Shown: positions 26,053-40,690, counted from the first letter of the stretch. The stretch: DNA of 64,000 nt from Octopus sinensis (GCF_006345805.1 NC_043005.1:80352001-80416000); one strand, 5' to 3'. Translations and numbers: made by a program. Notes: generated by a model from the sequence alone, not told the origin.

Positions 26053-26279
26053 AAGTATTATTATTATTATTAATAATATATAAATCGATAAATCGATAAA
26101 TAAATAAATGAATATAGCGGTAAAAAAATAAAATCTGAATAATTGACATCGTCTTCCCGAGTCACGGCAATGAGATCTAATGGGTCAGTTCATTTCTACA
26201 AAGTCATACAGTGATACGATATTTCTTCAACAATTCAAAGTTATTTTTCTGAAATACAATGACAATAATAGCTTTAAGA

Positions 26280-26522
26280 AGGGGGCGCGGGGTTTTGGAG
26301 GTGAGAAGGATTTATAGTGAAGTTTTTGAGGGAGGCAGAGATGGGAGGGAAGGAAGAAGAATGAAGGGGAGGGAAAATGTAGAGGAATTTTAGAGAGGGG
26401 GAAGGGGAGAATATGTGTGTGTATGTGTGTGAAAGAGAGAGAGTGAGACTATCAGGGAGAGACATAAAAGAGAGGGAGAGGAGGAAGGCAGTGAAGTTTT
26501 AGAGCGTAAGATCTAGACAGAC

Positions 26523-26573
<51 letters not shown>

Positions 26574-26990
26574 GAGCGAGAGAGAGAGGGTGAGAGAAAG
26601 AGAAAGAGAAAGAGAGAGAGAAAAGAGAGAGAGAGAGAGAGAGAGAAAGAAAATGAGAAGGAGATGGTGCGTGGAAAGAAAGTGGAGAAGAGAAATGTAG
26701 AAAGAGAAAGAGGTGAAAATAAAGTGTAGTTTGAGAGAGTGAGAGAGAGAAAGGGACAGAAAGATATAAAAAAGCAGAAGGAGGAGGAGGAAAATATAGG
26801 GATGGTTCAGAGAGAAAGCGAGAGACGGAGAGACAAAGTGACAAAAAGACTGAGATAGCAAACAGAAAGACAGAGAGACAGACAGAGACAGTCAGAAACA
26901 AAGAAACGGAGAGAATATGGAAGGACGATCGAGAAACACAATGATACACAGAAGGACAGAAAGGGAAAACGAACAAGAAAAATAGAAGTA
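26280..26990. repeat. Purine-rich (GA)n/(GATA)n low-complexity tract
   Basis: Direct inspection. Confidence 0.9.
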
Positions 26991-27529
26991 TACATCAGTT
27001 CTTTTATTCATTTATATTGTTTGTTTATATTTGGTGCTTTTGCATTCTTCTTTCTTCGGTGCGGAAGCCTTCAAATATGTTTGAATTAGTTCACGCTATA
27101 GAAATAGTGTTTTGTTATTAAACGGACAAGTGTGTTTTCATAATAGTTAAGGCTTCTTTATTTCTCCACGTGTTTTTTTTTATATTATATACATTATTAC
27201 TATTATTTTTTTTTTTTTTAATAGTAGTAGAGGGCCATATTTTTGTACGCTTTCGGAAGCAGAAAGAAACGGTGCTGTGAGCGCACAATTCCAATACAAA
27301 ATGGTGAATGGATGTCTATTGTAGTGGACTCCATAACCTGGGCTTCTGAAGTCAGATCACGTTGTAATGGCTTCCTGCCCGAACGAGCAAACAAACAGGC
27401 GGAATTGAAAGAGTTGCACATGCTTTACAAAAATTTATCACCGACCACAAAAATGTAAACTTAAAGAACATTCATAGGTGTTTATAGATCCATATAACAA
27501 TGTTAGCATGTGTGTGTAAACATGCGAGC

Positions 27530-28303
27530 CCGTTAGTGTGTGTGAGTATGTGTGTGTGTGTGTGCGCGCGCGTGTAGTAAGTATATATATTGTAGCATAA
27601 ATGTATATATATATATTATATATATATATATATATGTATGTATGTCTATATTTGTGTGTAAGAATGTATGAGTGCCTGTGTATATATATATATATATATA
27701 TCTATATTATATATATATATAATATATATATAATATGTCTACTTCATATATGTGTTTCCACGTCCTCGCGTTGTTGTGTATTTTTTTTGTGTTTTCTTGT
27801 TTGGATTAACTATATATATATACATGTATGTATATATGTATGTATATATATAGTATATATATTAATACATATATATATTATAGTTAATGGAATGGAAATT
27901 GAAATCAGTAAAACTACACACACGCACACACATATAAGATATGCACTCATATATATGTAAATATATGTATATATTACATACATGCATATTATCTAACTAT
28001 CTATCTCTCTATATATATATATACATATATATAAATTTATAAATAAATAAAACATATGCATATATACATACATATATGTACGTACCTACCTCTACATGTA
28101 TATATACATGCATATATGGGTACAGGACACCAAAAAAACGTATATATATATATACACACAAATATGTGTGTTTCTATATATGTATATCTGTGTATCTATG
28201 TGTATGTGTGAGTGCGCACCCGTCCGACTAATGCCTCTGTGTGTGTGTCTACATTCATAAATATTTAAATATAAATAAATATATACATGTATATATATAT
28301 ATA

Positions 28304-28340
<37 letters not shown>

Positions 28341-28440
28341 CCATATATATATCTATATATATTATATATATATGTATGTATACATATATATAATTACATA
28401 TGTGTGTGTATATGTATGTGTATGTATATATGTATACCAC
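27530..28440. repeat. Degenerate (AT)n/(GT)n microsatellite field
   Basis: Direct inspection. Confidence 0.85.
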
Positions 28441-28799
28441 ATCCATATACATTACGTTCTTAACTTTTATACTTTATGTATTTTGCGTTTACTCTATTCT
28501 TATTTATCCAGTTTATAACAAGTTTCGTATATGCTCGAAGGCGGAACTCCAGCATGGCAGCAACCCAATGACGGAAACCAGTAAATGAATGAAAGCATAT
28601 GTGTATAGAAACTACACCAGAAATTGGTACTCAGATATGTATAGCGTAACGTGCGGTCCGTATGCTTCGAATTATGTTATAAACACTGCAGAAAAAACAT
28701 ATAGACAAGTGTAACATCATATACATTCTATATTTCTTGTCCATGCTTCGGTCTTATCAAGCAATTTTAACTTCATTCATTTTGTGTTTTGAGTTCTTA

Positions 28800-29340
28800 C
28801 CTTTATCTGTTACTTGTTTCAGCAAATAAACTGAAGAGTTTTAGTTGAACGAATTGATCCCAGTAGTAATTTTTTATTCATTTTTAAAGCTTATTCGCCA
28901 AGTTACGAGTACGCAAACATAGCAACACCGGTTATCAAGTAGTGGTTTTTAGATAAACACAGATACTCTCAGATATAAGTAAATATATCCGGCATGCCTG
29001 ATCGCTAAATTCACAAGCTTTATTTTAATTCTCTCCCTCGGTTTATTCTCCCTTATTCCTTACTGCTGCGGAGAGTAGGCTCGAAACATAAAAGTCTTTC
29101 TCCCTCTCCCGAGCGTCAAACTATTACGCCTGCTTGTTGTTCATGCACCTGTCTTTGTCTTTTGCTTTTTTTTTGCTTTTTTTTTTGTTGTAAATTTCAA
29201 CTATATATATATTTATATGATTGCCTTCTTTCAATTTCTGTCTCCCAAATCTACTCACAGGGGCTTTGGTCGGACTGTGGCTACACTAGAAGATACTTGC
29301 CTAAGGTGACACGCAGGGAGACTGAATCCGGAAGCATATC
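28800..29340 (-). mobile_element. SINE group C interrupted in its (AT)n by a hammerhead-type repeat (~29020-29200, +)
   Basis: C segments at 29205-29340 and 28800-28980 flank the insert. Confidence 0.65.
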
Positions 29341-30175
29341 TATATTACTTATTCCTGGATCTATTTACTGTATTTGGTGGCTCTACACATTCACGGGTAT
29401 ATGTTATTTTTCTTGAGCCCAAAAGTTGTAAGACATGATTACCCGAGACCCACGGTTTATAAGTTACCGAGAAGGCTTGAAGGGCAGCAGTACTGAGGGG
29501 AATGGGCAAGGCAAGTTGATCACATGAACCCCAGTTCTTTCGCTAATATCTTATTTTATCTTGCTCTAAGAGACTAAAATTTAAGTTAACTTCGGTGGAA
29601 TTTGAACTGAGAACGTTCAATTCCAAAGAAAAATAGCTGCTATATGTACTGAGCACATCCCAATGTCAGCAATATACTGAACATATATCTAGGAAAAAAT
29701 GAGCACCAGGGACAATATTAGTTTTTGGGTGGCCCCGCTACGAATATAGAAAGAATGGTTTCTCGAAATATTGTTGCGGAAAAAGTGCAACTGCTATGGT
29801 ACCAAAAAGCGTTGTTTTGTATCACTAGATATTGGTTCCAAATTTTGGATAGAGGCCAGCAAGTTTGTGGGTAGGGATAAGTCGATTATATTGATTTCAG
29901 TGCTGAATTTGTACTTATTAGAAGGAATTCGTCGATCTGAGGCACTAGAAGAAGTCACTTGCCCAAGGCACCACGCAGTGAAACTGAGCTCAAAACCAAT
30001 AGCACATGGATGCAAACCGATCTTCCTAACCATACAGCCAAAGTCTGCGTCTAAAGCTAAGCAGTACCTCTTGCGAGACTCTCACCAGACTTTGGCAAAA
30101 TCTCCACATATCTATTATATCATATCCTTTCTGTGTGTGTGTGTGTATGTGTGTGGTGTTGTGTGTGTGGGTGTG

Positions 30176-30214
<39 letters not shown>

Positions 30215-30314
30215 NNNNNNNNNNNNNNNNNNNNNNNNNNNNNNNNNNNNNNNNNNNNNNNNNNNNNNNNNNNNNNNNNNNNNNNNNNNNNNNNNNNNNN
30301 NNNNNNNNNNNNNN
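30215..30314. other. Assembly gap, 100 N, next to a (GT)n run
   Basis: Ns in the sequence; the round length suggests a scaffolding gap of unknown size. Confidence 0.99.
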
Positions 30315-32054
30315 AGAAATAACACGCCTATTACTAATGCTGTGGTCGCGTGTTATATGTTTAAGCCTATTGGCAAGCGTGTGTGTAATAAACTCACACT
30401 CTTATTTAATGCGTTCCAGTAAATAGGTTTACTGCTATCGGTCGGTCTCGAGTTCATGTGCTGCGGATGAGGCCTACTACTTTCATCTTGCCGAAATCAA
30501 TAAAAAGCATGATATTGCTTTACAACAACGATGTTACGGTGTAGGTCTTGATCCGCTAACAATCCCTCTTTTACAATAATTGAGATAATACTTATTTTAT
30601 GCTTTTCAAAAACAGTTTTCGTTAGGTATCAGTCATAAACACTCAGGCAATATTTAATTGAAATAGCCATCTGCGTATCATACTTAATGTATAGACATCG
30701 TTGATAGGCCTATTACAGCAATATCTTTCCCCAGATAAATTTTCTTACAGAAGTGTTGTTATAAAAACACAATAAATTCATCCCAGAAACGGCCAGCGCA
30801 TTTAATGAACACACGCCTTCGATGGGCCAATTACGGCAGTGTTTGTCCTGAAGTAACATCTCGTATCGTCGTGCTGTGTTAAAAACATAATAATTACCAA
30901 AAGAGATGAAAATTCGTTCCAGTAGAGGCTAGAAAGAAAACCATTTGCATTTCGAGCGTTTTGGGCTAGCTTGATCCTATTGGGCTTTTTAACACAGCAA
31001 GTTATCCTGCTATCTCAGGACGAATGCTGCACTACCTGTCCTATCGACAGAGTGTATACATGACATATATTTCTAGTTTTCATGACTTTTCCTTCAGTTC
31101 ATAAGTTAAAGAGATCAGACCTCACAACAGTTGTGAATCAACAGCAGGTATGAATCACGGTTGTTATTCATGGATATACAGTCTAAAAATTATCTATGTT
31201 AACAATCATTTAGGCATGGTTATGTGGTTAAGAAGGTCGCACGGGTTCAGTCCCACGGAAAAATACTCTCTGCTAACCGATGATTTGTGAGAGAATTTGG
31301 GAGATGGATGGCCAAAACGGAATGCTAATGCCGCGACGTGAGGCTCGAGTAAACAGAAATATCTCTCAAATTGCCCACATGTCACATAGCGAAGCCTGGT
31401 ATAAAGAACTAATATTTTAGATCAGATCTGATCTTATGACATTGCAATCAACATATTGTCCACAATCCCGATTGGATTGCAAGCATGCATATATGTAAAT
31501 ATGTGAGGGCCCGTCACTTAGGTACTATAACTACATACCTGACACTCCTTTACTCTCTCATATTTTTACGCTCTCATATCTTTCTCTCTCTATCACCCTC
31601 ACCTCCCCATTCCTTCCATCTATTCATCCTGACTGACCACTAAATAGTACACTTTCCCTCTCTTCTTATCTTTATTATCTCTCTCCGAGCTTTTCTTTTT
31701 TCCTTTATTCTTTTTTTTCTTTTTCGTTTTGTCTTTTATTCTTTTCTGTTTCCTCTCTTGCTGTTTTTGATTTGACCTTACAAATACATTTCCAACTTTT
31801 AAGTCACTTAAAAAAAGCCTTCGGTTCAATAACACCGTTTACAAACTCTATGCTTGGAATGACCAATTTAAATACTATTAGAACTTACTCACAAGGTACA
31901 GGAATCTTATATATATATATATATATATACCATTATTTAATGGAAATACAGATACAATATCGCTGCATATCTCACGTCTATTTTTATTCCTCCACATCAC
32001 TCTCTATTTCATATTTTATCTAGAATAACTATTGCTTAACCATCCTCTCCCACC

Positions 32055-32102
32055 GTCTCCGATGAAGGGATATATAAAATATCCGGGAAACAGCTGTAAG
32101 AC
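32055..32102 (+). ncRNA. Minimal type I hammerhead motif (U4C variant)
   Basis: GTCT-CCGATGA-A-GGGATAT/ATATCC-GG-GAAA-CAGCTG-TA-AGAC; stem I GTCT/AGAC; palindrome ACAGCTGT in stem III. Confidence 0.65.
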
Positions 32103-32209
32103 CTTCTATCTATAAATGGTCTGAAATCTTTCACAGACTTGGATTTTTATCTCATTCTGTTAATTTTGTTTTTATATATACATATATATGAACACACCAG
32201 CATGCATTT

Positions 32210-32245
<36 letters not shown>

Positions 32246-32365
32246 GTTTAGATATTTGTTGTGGAAGATTTTTATGTGAGTCGTGGGTGTTGAAACAGAT
32301 ATTCTTATATTCGGAATGGTCATATTTTTATTGGCTAAACTGGCAATATGACCATTCCGAAATAT

Positions 32366-32408
<43 letters not shown>

Positions 32409-32416
32409 TATATATA

Positions 32417-32447
<31 letters not shown>

Positions 32448-33133
32448 AGATATAGAATATATATACATATATATGAATACAGCATACATACACACATGCA
32501 TTAATGCATATATATGTATATGTGCATGTTCCTCTGTGTGTGTGTGTACACACACACACACATACACATATATATATATATATTGCTGGCAGGCAGACAG
32601 GCAGGATGGAGGGATGGATGGATAGACGGATCAATTTTATTTGATTCACAGATGAATTAATCTGAGATCGTGTTTAGCATTGAAAGAACATAGATTTGAA
32701 AAAAAAAATGCATTGTATACATTTCTAGATAATATAATATACTATGATGTTTAGTACCTAGATAATATTTCATTCTACAATTTTTCACACATTTTTCCCC
32801 AATTCCGAACATTTGACAATGTTACTTAAAAAGAAAAACAATAGAAAAAATAGTTGTAATGTAACTACCGATTGTGTCTCAGAGACCAAGGTGTAAATGT
32901 AGATGATACCTTTTGATATAATAGTATATACAATAAAATTATGAAGGGAAACAATGGCGTGTGTATAAAGGTGTGTAAACGTATGTGTTTGAAATGGATA
33001 CCATGCCCTTTCAGCGACGTAATTTATATACACACGTATATGTGTTATTCTGTGTGTGCGTGTGTGCGTGTGCGCGCACGCATGTGTGTATGTAGGTACA
33101 TATATATTTACACGCACACATATATATATATAC

Positions 33134-33182
<49 letters not shown>

Positions 33183-33659
33183 TATATACATATATATGCA
33201 TACAAGCATATATATATATCTCAGTATTTCTTTTTGTATACAATTCTATATATACGTGTGTGTGTGTGTCAGTGTATGTGTGTCTATGCATGTGTGTATA
33301 CATATATAAATATATATTTATATATATGCATTGATAATGCATCAATATAGTCAAATCTCAAACTAAATTTATAGCACTTGCTGCCTATCATTGTGTCTTT
33401 CTCTCTCTCTCTCTCTCTGTTTCCCTCCTTCCTCTCTCTCTCTCTCTGCCTGTCTACTTATCCATTTGATTATGTATGCATGTATGTATGTATGTATGCA
33501 TGGACGTTTGTAAGTATGTATGTATATATGTATGTATATATAAGTATGTATTTATACATAAATATATACATATATAGCCTAGCTGCCTAGTTTGGAACTG
33601 AAAGTTATACCAACCACCGAAATTAATGGCACTACATATTAACAAAGTTCCCGTCTTCC

Positions 33660-33905
33660 CCATCCAGAACTAAGACCCATGTACTGTGATATCTTGGATT
33701 TGAAGGGCCCACAACTATTGATTACTCTACCAAACAACATTTGCGAAATGCAAATGTGGAAGTCTTCAAAGAGCGTCTGGACAAATTTTGCCCCGCGACA
33801 CCAGATGAACCAGCATCGCGGAGCAGGAGGCACAAGGAAGGGCAGCTCCGTACGACTGGCTACGTCACCAGAAACGTTTCGGAAATGAAGCCGAAACACA
33901 CTTTG
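33660..33905 (+). mobile_element. CR1-group LINE 3'-end fragment
   Basis: Frameshifted LKGPQL..LP / VEVFKERLDKF..TPDEP, the usual post-RT C-terminal motif of this group. Confidence 0.7.
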
Positions 33906-34119
33906 CTCCAGTATGGTCTCCGCCTCTGGCTGAACCCAGCAGGGGATGAAAATTTTATCTGTAATTATATATATATTCATATGTACATCTATATATGTTT
34001 AAATACACACACACACACACACACAGGTACACACACATAAATATAAAAGTATGTGTGTGTGTGTGTGCGTATGTGTGTGTGTGTGCGTATGTGTGTGTGT
34101 GTGTATGTGTGTGTCTGTC

Positions 34120-34151
<32 letters not shown>

Positions 34152-35297
34152 AGTGTGTGTGTGTGTGTGTGTGTGCATTTGTATATTACTATTGTGAAAG
34201 TTTAAAGACTGAACAGAGATATAAGAAGGGAGCGGTTGTGGAGAATGAAAGAAAAAACAAATATGGATTCTGAAATAAAATTGAAAGTAGAAATGGTTAT
34301 AAAGAAAATACAACAGGAACGATGCAACGTATAGGAAAATTACCCCAACCAGACCTCACCCAATATACAAATATATAAATAAATAAATATATAAGTATCA
34401 TGGAAAAAATACCGAACACAGTTCAATGTTTAGAAGAAAAAAATGAGAGTAATGAAGGATTGTGTAGAAAAGAGAGAGTTTCAAATAGAATTAACAGCTG
34501 CTTTAAGACACTTTTGTCCCAGCAAAGAGGATGAGAGTTGCGAATGAAACGAAAGGAAAAGGTAGTTATTAGGAAATGTTCGGTGAATTAGTGAGAGGTA
34601 GGGGTTGATTTAGGGTTGGGGCGTGGCAGAAATTGGAATAAAAGAAAAGAGAAAAGCGCAGAAAGATGATGATTTACATTGAAGTTAGTGACTATAGAAT
34701 GAATGAAAAGAAAAGATTGTTTAATTAACCTTGTATTGATTGATGGGAAGAAAGGAAAAGTGATATGTGATATGTTTAGAGTAGAATTAGACGTGAGCTA
34801 GTGAAAATAGAGAAAATTAGCAGCAAAATAGATTAAAGTGTGTATGGATTTTAAAGTATCGCGTTGGTTTAAAAGCGCGAGCTAGCAAGCAATCTACCGC
34901 AGACTCAATTAATATATCAAGGCGACAATCTTAAAGCGTAAGGCGATGAAATTTTGGCAAATGGTGACAAACGGAAGCTGTAAATGCTAGCGAGAATTTC
35001 CGAAATAGCTGCGATAACTGTGATATTTCAGCTGCTGCAGAGGAAAAATTAATTTGCAGCATGGCGTTGCTCCAAGTCCTCTCTTTCCTCCTACCACTTC
35101 ACAATAAAGAGATCTGTATAAGTGTTATTAATAGAGAGAATTAGCAGCAATTCTTGCAAGAGAAGCAGAGGCATCAAAAATGGCGGCGGCGGTGTCAGCG
35201 GGATTATCAGGAGCAGAAGCCGAAGCAGAACTAGAAGCATCGGCAGCAGTCACAGCAGCAGCAGCAGTAGCGGCAGCAATAGCAGCAACAACAGCTG

Positions 35298-35632
35298 TGG
35301 AGGCGTAATGGCCCAGTGGTTAGGGCAGCGGACGCGCGGTCGGAGGATCACGGTTTCGATTCCCAGACCGGGCGTTGTGTGTGTTTATTGAGCGAAAACA
35401 CCTAAAGCTCCACGAGGCTCCTGCAGAGGGTGGTGGTGACCCTGTTGTACTCTTTCGCTCCAACTTTCTCTCACTCTTTCTTCCTGTTTCTTCCTACGCA
35501 ACCGCTGAGACTGGATGCGCATTCATCCATCCGTCGATGCTCTCGGTGTCGGGGGTTGACCTGCTTTCACTTCTGCGGGTCTTACGAATAGCAAAGGACC
35601 CTGTTTCGGACATCTCCCACGAAGACCACTTC
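35298..35632 (+). mobile_element. SINE group A with tail T2
   Basis: A head plus CTGGATGCG...GACCACTTC tail; inverted copy at 42720-43061. Confidence 0.9.
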
Positions 35633-35703
35633 ACTCAACAAACAAACAAACAAGCAAGCAGCAACAGCAGTAGCAGCAGCAATAACAGCAGCAACAGCAG
35701 CAG

Positions 35704-36220
35704 TGGATGCGCAATAGCCCAGTGGTTAGGGCAGCAGACTCGCGGTCGTAAGAACGCGGTTTCGATTTCCAGACCGGGCATTATGAGTGTTTATTGAGCA
35801 AAAATATCTAAGCTCCACGAGGCTCCGGCGGGGAGGATGGAGTGAACCGCGCTGTACACTTTCACCACAACTTTCTCTCACTCTTCCTACTTCTGCCACT
35901 AAGCAGAGGAACCATGGTGAAACCCATTATGGTGTGGTAAACTTTCAGGCCTTAGTCTAGATTGCGAATCTTCTGTACCCCAGGATGGTTCAGCTCTCCA
36001 CTCGTTAAAAGCCACCGTTTACGGAATGAGGATAACAACGTAGCTTTTGCACCCGTGCAACCGCCAGTTTATCGCGTGTGGTGGGTGGATCTTCAAGCTG
36101 CCACACGCATCCTTATTAGCTTAGAGTAGTCTCGGATTAGAGATTATTCTATGTGGATAATGGCGTGAGTCCTGACTGGAAGAAGAAGAAGAAGAAGAAG
36201 AAGAAGAAGAAGAAGAAGAA
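35704..36220 (+). mobile_element. SINE group A head with a ~300-bp LINE-like tail ending in (GAA)n (T4)
   Basis: Head 35704-35890 matches group A; a unique tail ends in a (GAA)n run at ~36178-36220. Confidence 0.7.
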
Positions 36221-36861
36221 AATATCACTAAATGTATACCTCTGGTGAATGGCGAAATGTGTACTGCTGCAGGAACCTAGCATACTGGCAGGAATAAATA
36301 GATTCTGTAAAAAAAATTGTTTTGGAGAAGCCTGAGGCATTGGACAAGATCCTCAACTTAACACAAGAAGGTCGCAACGGCACATATTATTGAGGTGTAG
36401 AAAACCTGAGATGCATAACCGTGGTGTTCGTTCTTTCCATGGTTACGGAAAGATTTCCAAGCGACCACCAACTAAATGCATTTACAGAAATTAACCAATG
36501 AAAACACGTATCACTAAACAGAAGGACGGATCCCTTATCCATCAACAAGAATAACACGTTCCTTCGCACTTTCCAGTTTTCATCCAACATGGTCTTAGGC
36601 AGAATAGTTTGTGGAAATTCAAGTGGTTTCATTACAACTTTGCCCAGCCGTAAGCCTTAGATATGAGCATTTTACACGCGGAACCATAATCTCAATGGAC
36701 ACACAAAAAGGTACGGACCTACAGACACCTACGGAAATAACTCGAGTGGCAGCTTATTGGTTCCTTTGTAATCATTGGTTCTTTTTAGTTAAAAACAACT
36801 CCATCGATTTTGGCTGAAAGATATCATACATTGAATCGTCTCTGGAATTTTTCTGGTAATA

Positions 36862-37104
36862 TACAGAGTGTTCAAAAAATCTCACCGCAGTAAGTATTTA
36901 ATGGTTTTCGGGCGATTCTTGTACACTGATCCTTTACTTTACTCCCCAGAAAAAAAAAGTCAGGCGGTGTGTAATCAAGTGATCTTGGCGGCCAAAGCCC
37001 CTTCAAAATAATCCGCTCACCGAAAAACTCTTGAAGTTGCGCCGCCATAGTGATGCGCAGGATGAAAAGCATTAACTGTGGAGATCCTTTTTGAACATCA
37101 TGTA
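36862..37104 (-). mobile_element. Internally deleted Tc1/mariner-superfamily element
   Basis: TA-flanked imperfect TIRs CAGAGTGTTCAAAAA (36864-36878) and TTTTTGAACATCATG (37088-37102); encodes WPPRSLDYTPPDFF. Confidence 0.85.
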
Positions 37105-37163
37105 TAATACATTTAAGATGGCGAGATGGCAGGATCGTAAGCACGCCGAGAAAAACGCTTAAC

Positions 37164-37190
37164 TTCCGAGTTCGATTCCAGGCAGTGACA

Positions 37191-37251
<61 letters not shown>

Positions 37252-37453
37252 CAATAATAATAATAACAATAATAATAACATCGAGAAATACCTTGGGAAT
37301 GAAAACCAGGTTCGAAATTTCCCCAAGACACCTGATGAAGGCTGGAGGATATATCAGCCGAAACGTTGTGTTAATAACAAACAAGAATGTAAATAATGTA
37401 AATAATGTAAAAATTGTACATAATTCCTCATCTCTTAAATATAGAACTGTAAC
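37164..37453 (+). mobile_element. tRNA-headed hammerhead element, 5'-truncated copy 2, inserted into an old SINE B
   Basis: SINE B sequence stops at GCTTAAC (37163) and resumes as GGCATTTCGTCC (37454); TAAC occurs at both junctions. Confidence 0.85.
37327..37372 (+). ncRNA. Minimal type I hammerhead ribozyme motif with intact core
   Basis: Stem I GACAC/GTGTT, CTGATGA 37332-37338, extra A, stem II GGCTG/CAGCC, GAAA 37360-37363, palindrome AACGTT, predicted GUU cleavage triplet. Confidence 0.8.
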
Positions 37454-37613
37454 GGCATTTCGTCCATTTTTACGTTTTTAGATCAAATTCCACCGAAGTT
37501 GACTTTGTCTTTCAATTTTTCGGGATCGAAAAAATACGTAGCAGCTGAACACTGGAGTTGATGTCCCCCAAAATTGCTGGCCTTTAGACAAAATATGAAA
37601 CCACTATATATCT

Positions 37614-38080
37614 AAGGCGGCGAACTGGTAGAAACGATAGCACGCCGGGCGAAATGCTTAGCGGTATTTCGTCAGCCGCTACGTTCTGAGTTCAAATTCC
37701 GCCGAGGTCGACTTTGCCTTTCATCCTTTCGGGGTCGATAAATTAAGTACCAGTTACGCACTGGGGTCGATGTAATCGGCTTAATCCGTTTGTCTGTCTT
37801 TGTTTGTCCCCTCTGTGTTTAGCCCCTTGTGGGTAGTTAAGAAATATATATATCTAAGGCGGAATCATGCCGGATAAAATGCTCAGCGGCATTTCGTCCG
37901 TTTTACATTGTGAGTTCGAATACATTTTGGTCGGTTTTGCTTTTCATCTCTTTCGGGATCGATAAAATACATAGCAATTAAGCACTGGAACTCTGTGTGT
38001 GTGGAGGGGTGGGACTCGATGTAATCGACTCCCCCCCCACACACACACACACTCCTTCAAACTTACTGGCCTTGTGCCAA
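37614..38080 (+). mobile_element. Young full SINE B1 (37614-37847) followed by an older B copy
   Basis: Near-consensus B sequence. Confidence 0.9.
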
Positions 38081-39069
38081 CTACTAATCTTGATTGGTTG
38101 GGGAAACTTTTCCTGAGTCAATAAAATATTTTGGTGCTGCTGTGGTTACTGCCTCTCCTCCTCCTCCTCCTACTACTACTACTACTACTACGTTTGCTAC
38201 TACTACTACTGCTACTAATGCTACAACTACTAGTAGTAGTAGTAGTCATGCTATTATTACAATTACTGCTGCCGCTACTGCAATTGTTACTAATATGGCT
38301 TCCGGTTTTGTTGCTACCGTTACCTGTACATTTTCAAGTCGGATGCTGTGACATTCATGCTCTTTCGTCCTAAGCGCAATAACAGTGTAATTACATTGAA
38401 ATGCTAACCGGCCTCTTGTCTGTTTCCAATAAACACCATCAAAAATACGCAGAGCGAGAAAATTTAGAAGAAAACATGAATTAACTCCCCTTAAGACTAA
38501 ATAACACAATTCTACTGAAATGTTCGTTTGGATGTTAGTTTTCGTTCAAAATATCTTTGTTAAATTTTATTTTATTTTTATTTTATTCTTTCGTTTTTTT
38601 TTATTTTTATTTTTATAGATTAACTAGTGGGGGTGGCTGGCCAAATAGTATTATTCATTTGAACTTCGCTTAATGGTTTATTATCGTTGTCTCTTAATAA
38701 AAGACTTTATTCTAAGTCACCTTTAATCTTTTTATTATAGTTTTAATGTCCAGATATCAATCGCAATTAGAAAAAAGAGCACGAGGACAAATTATTTGAT
38801 TACATAATGATGCCTTATTGTCCGATAGACGATCAATATTGCTGTCCTTCTATTGATTGAGCAGAAAAGGCCACTAATAAACATAAAAATAAATAAATAA
38901 AAATAATATAAAATACAAAAAAAAAACACACAAAAAATCAGCTTGTACACAAGTTATAATTGTTTGTAAATTGATTTTCTCTCAAATGTAAAGAATTTGA
39001 AAAGGAGATACGCCCCTCTAATAATGTTGTGAGTATCATTATCCTTATTGTTGTCATTGTCGACGATTT

Positions 39070-40690
<1,621 letters not shown>

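Noticed and set aside
29771-30426. ORFs spanning 30215-30314
   Set aside because: They run through the N gap and SINE/microsatellite sequence.
30315-31230. Complex sequence after the gap with faint GIY-YIG-like words
   Set aside because: No frame or motif is clear enough to assign a family or gene.
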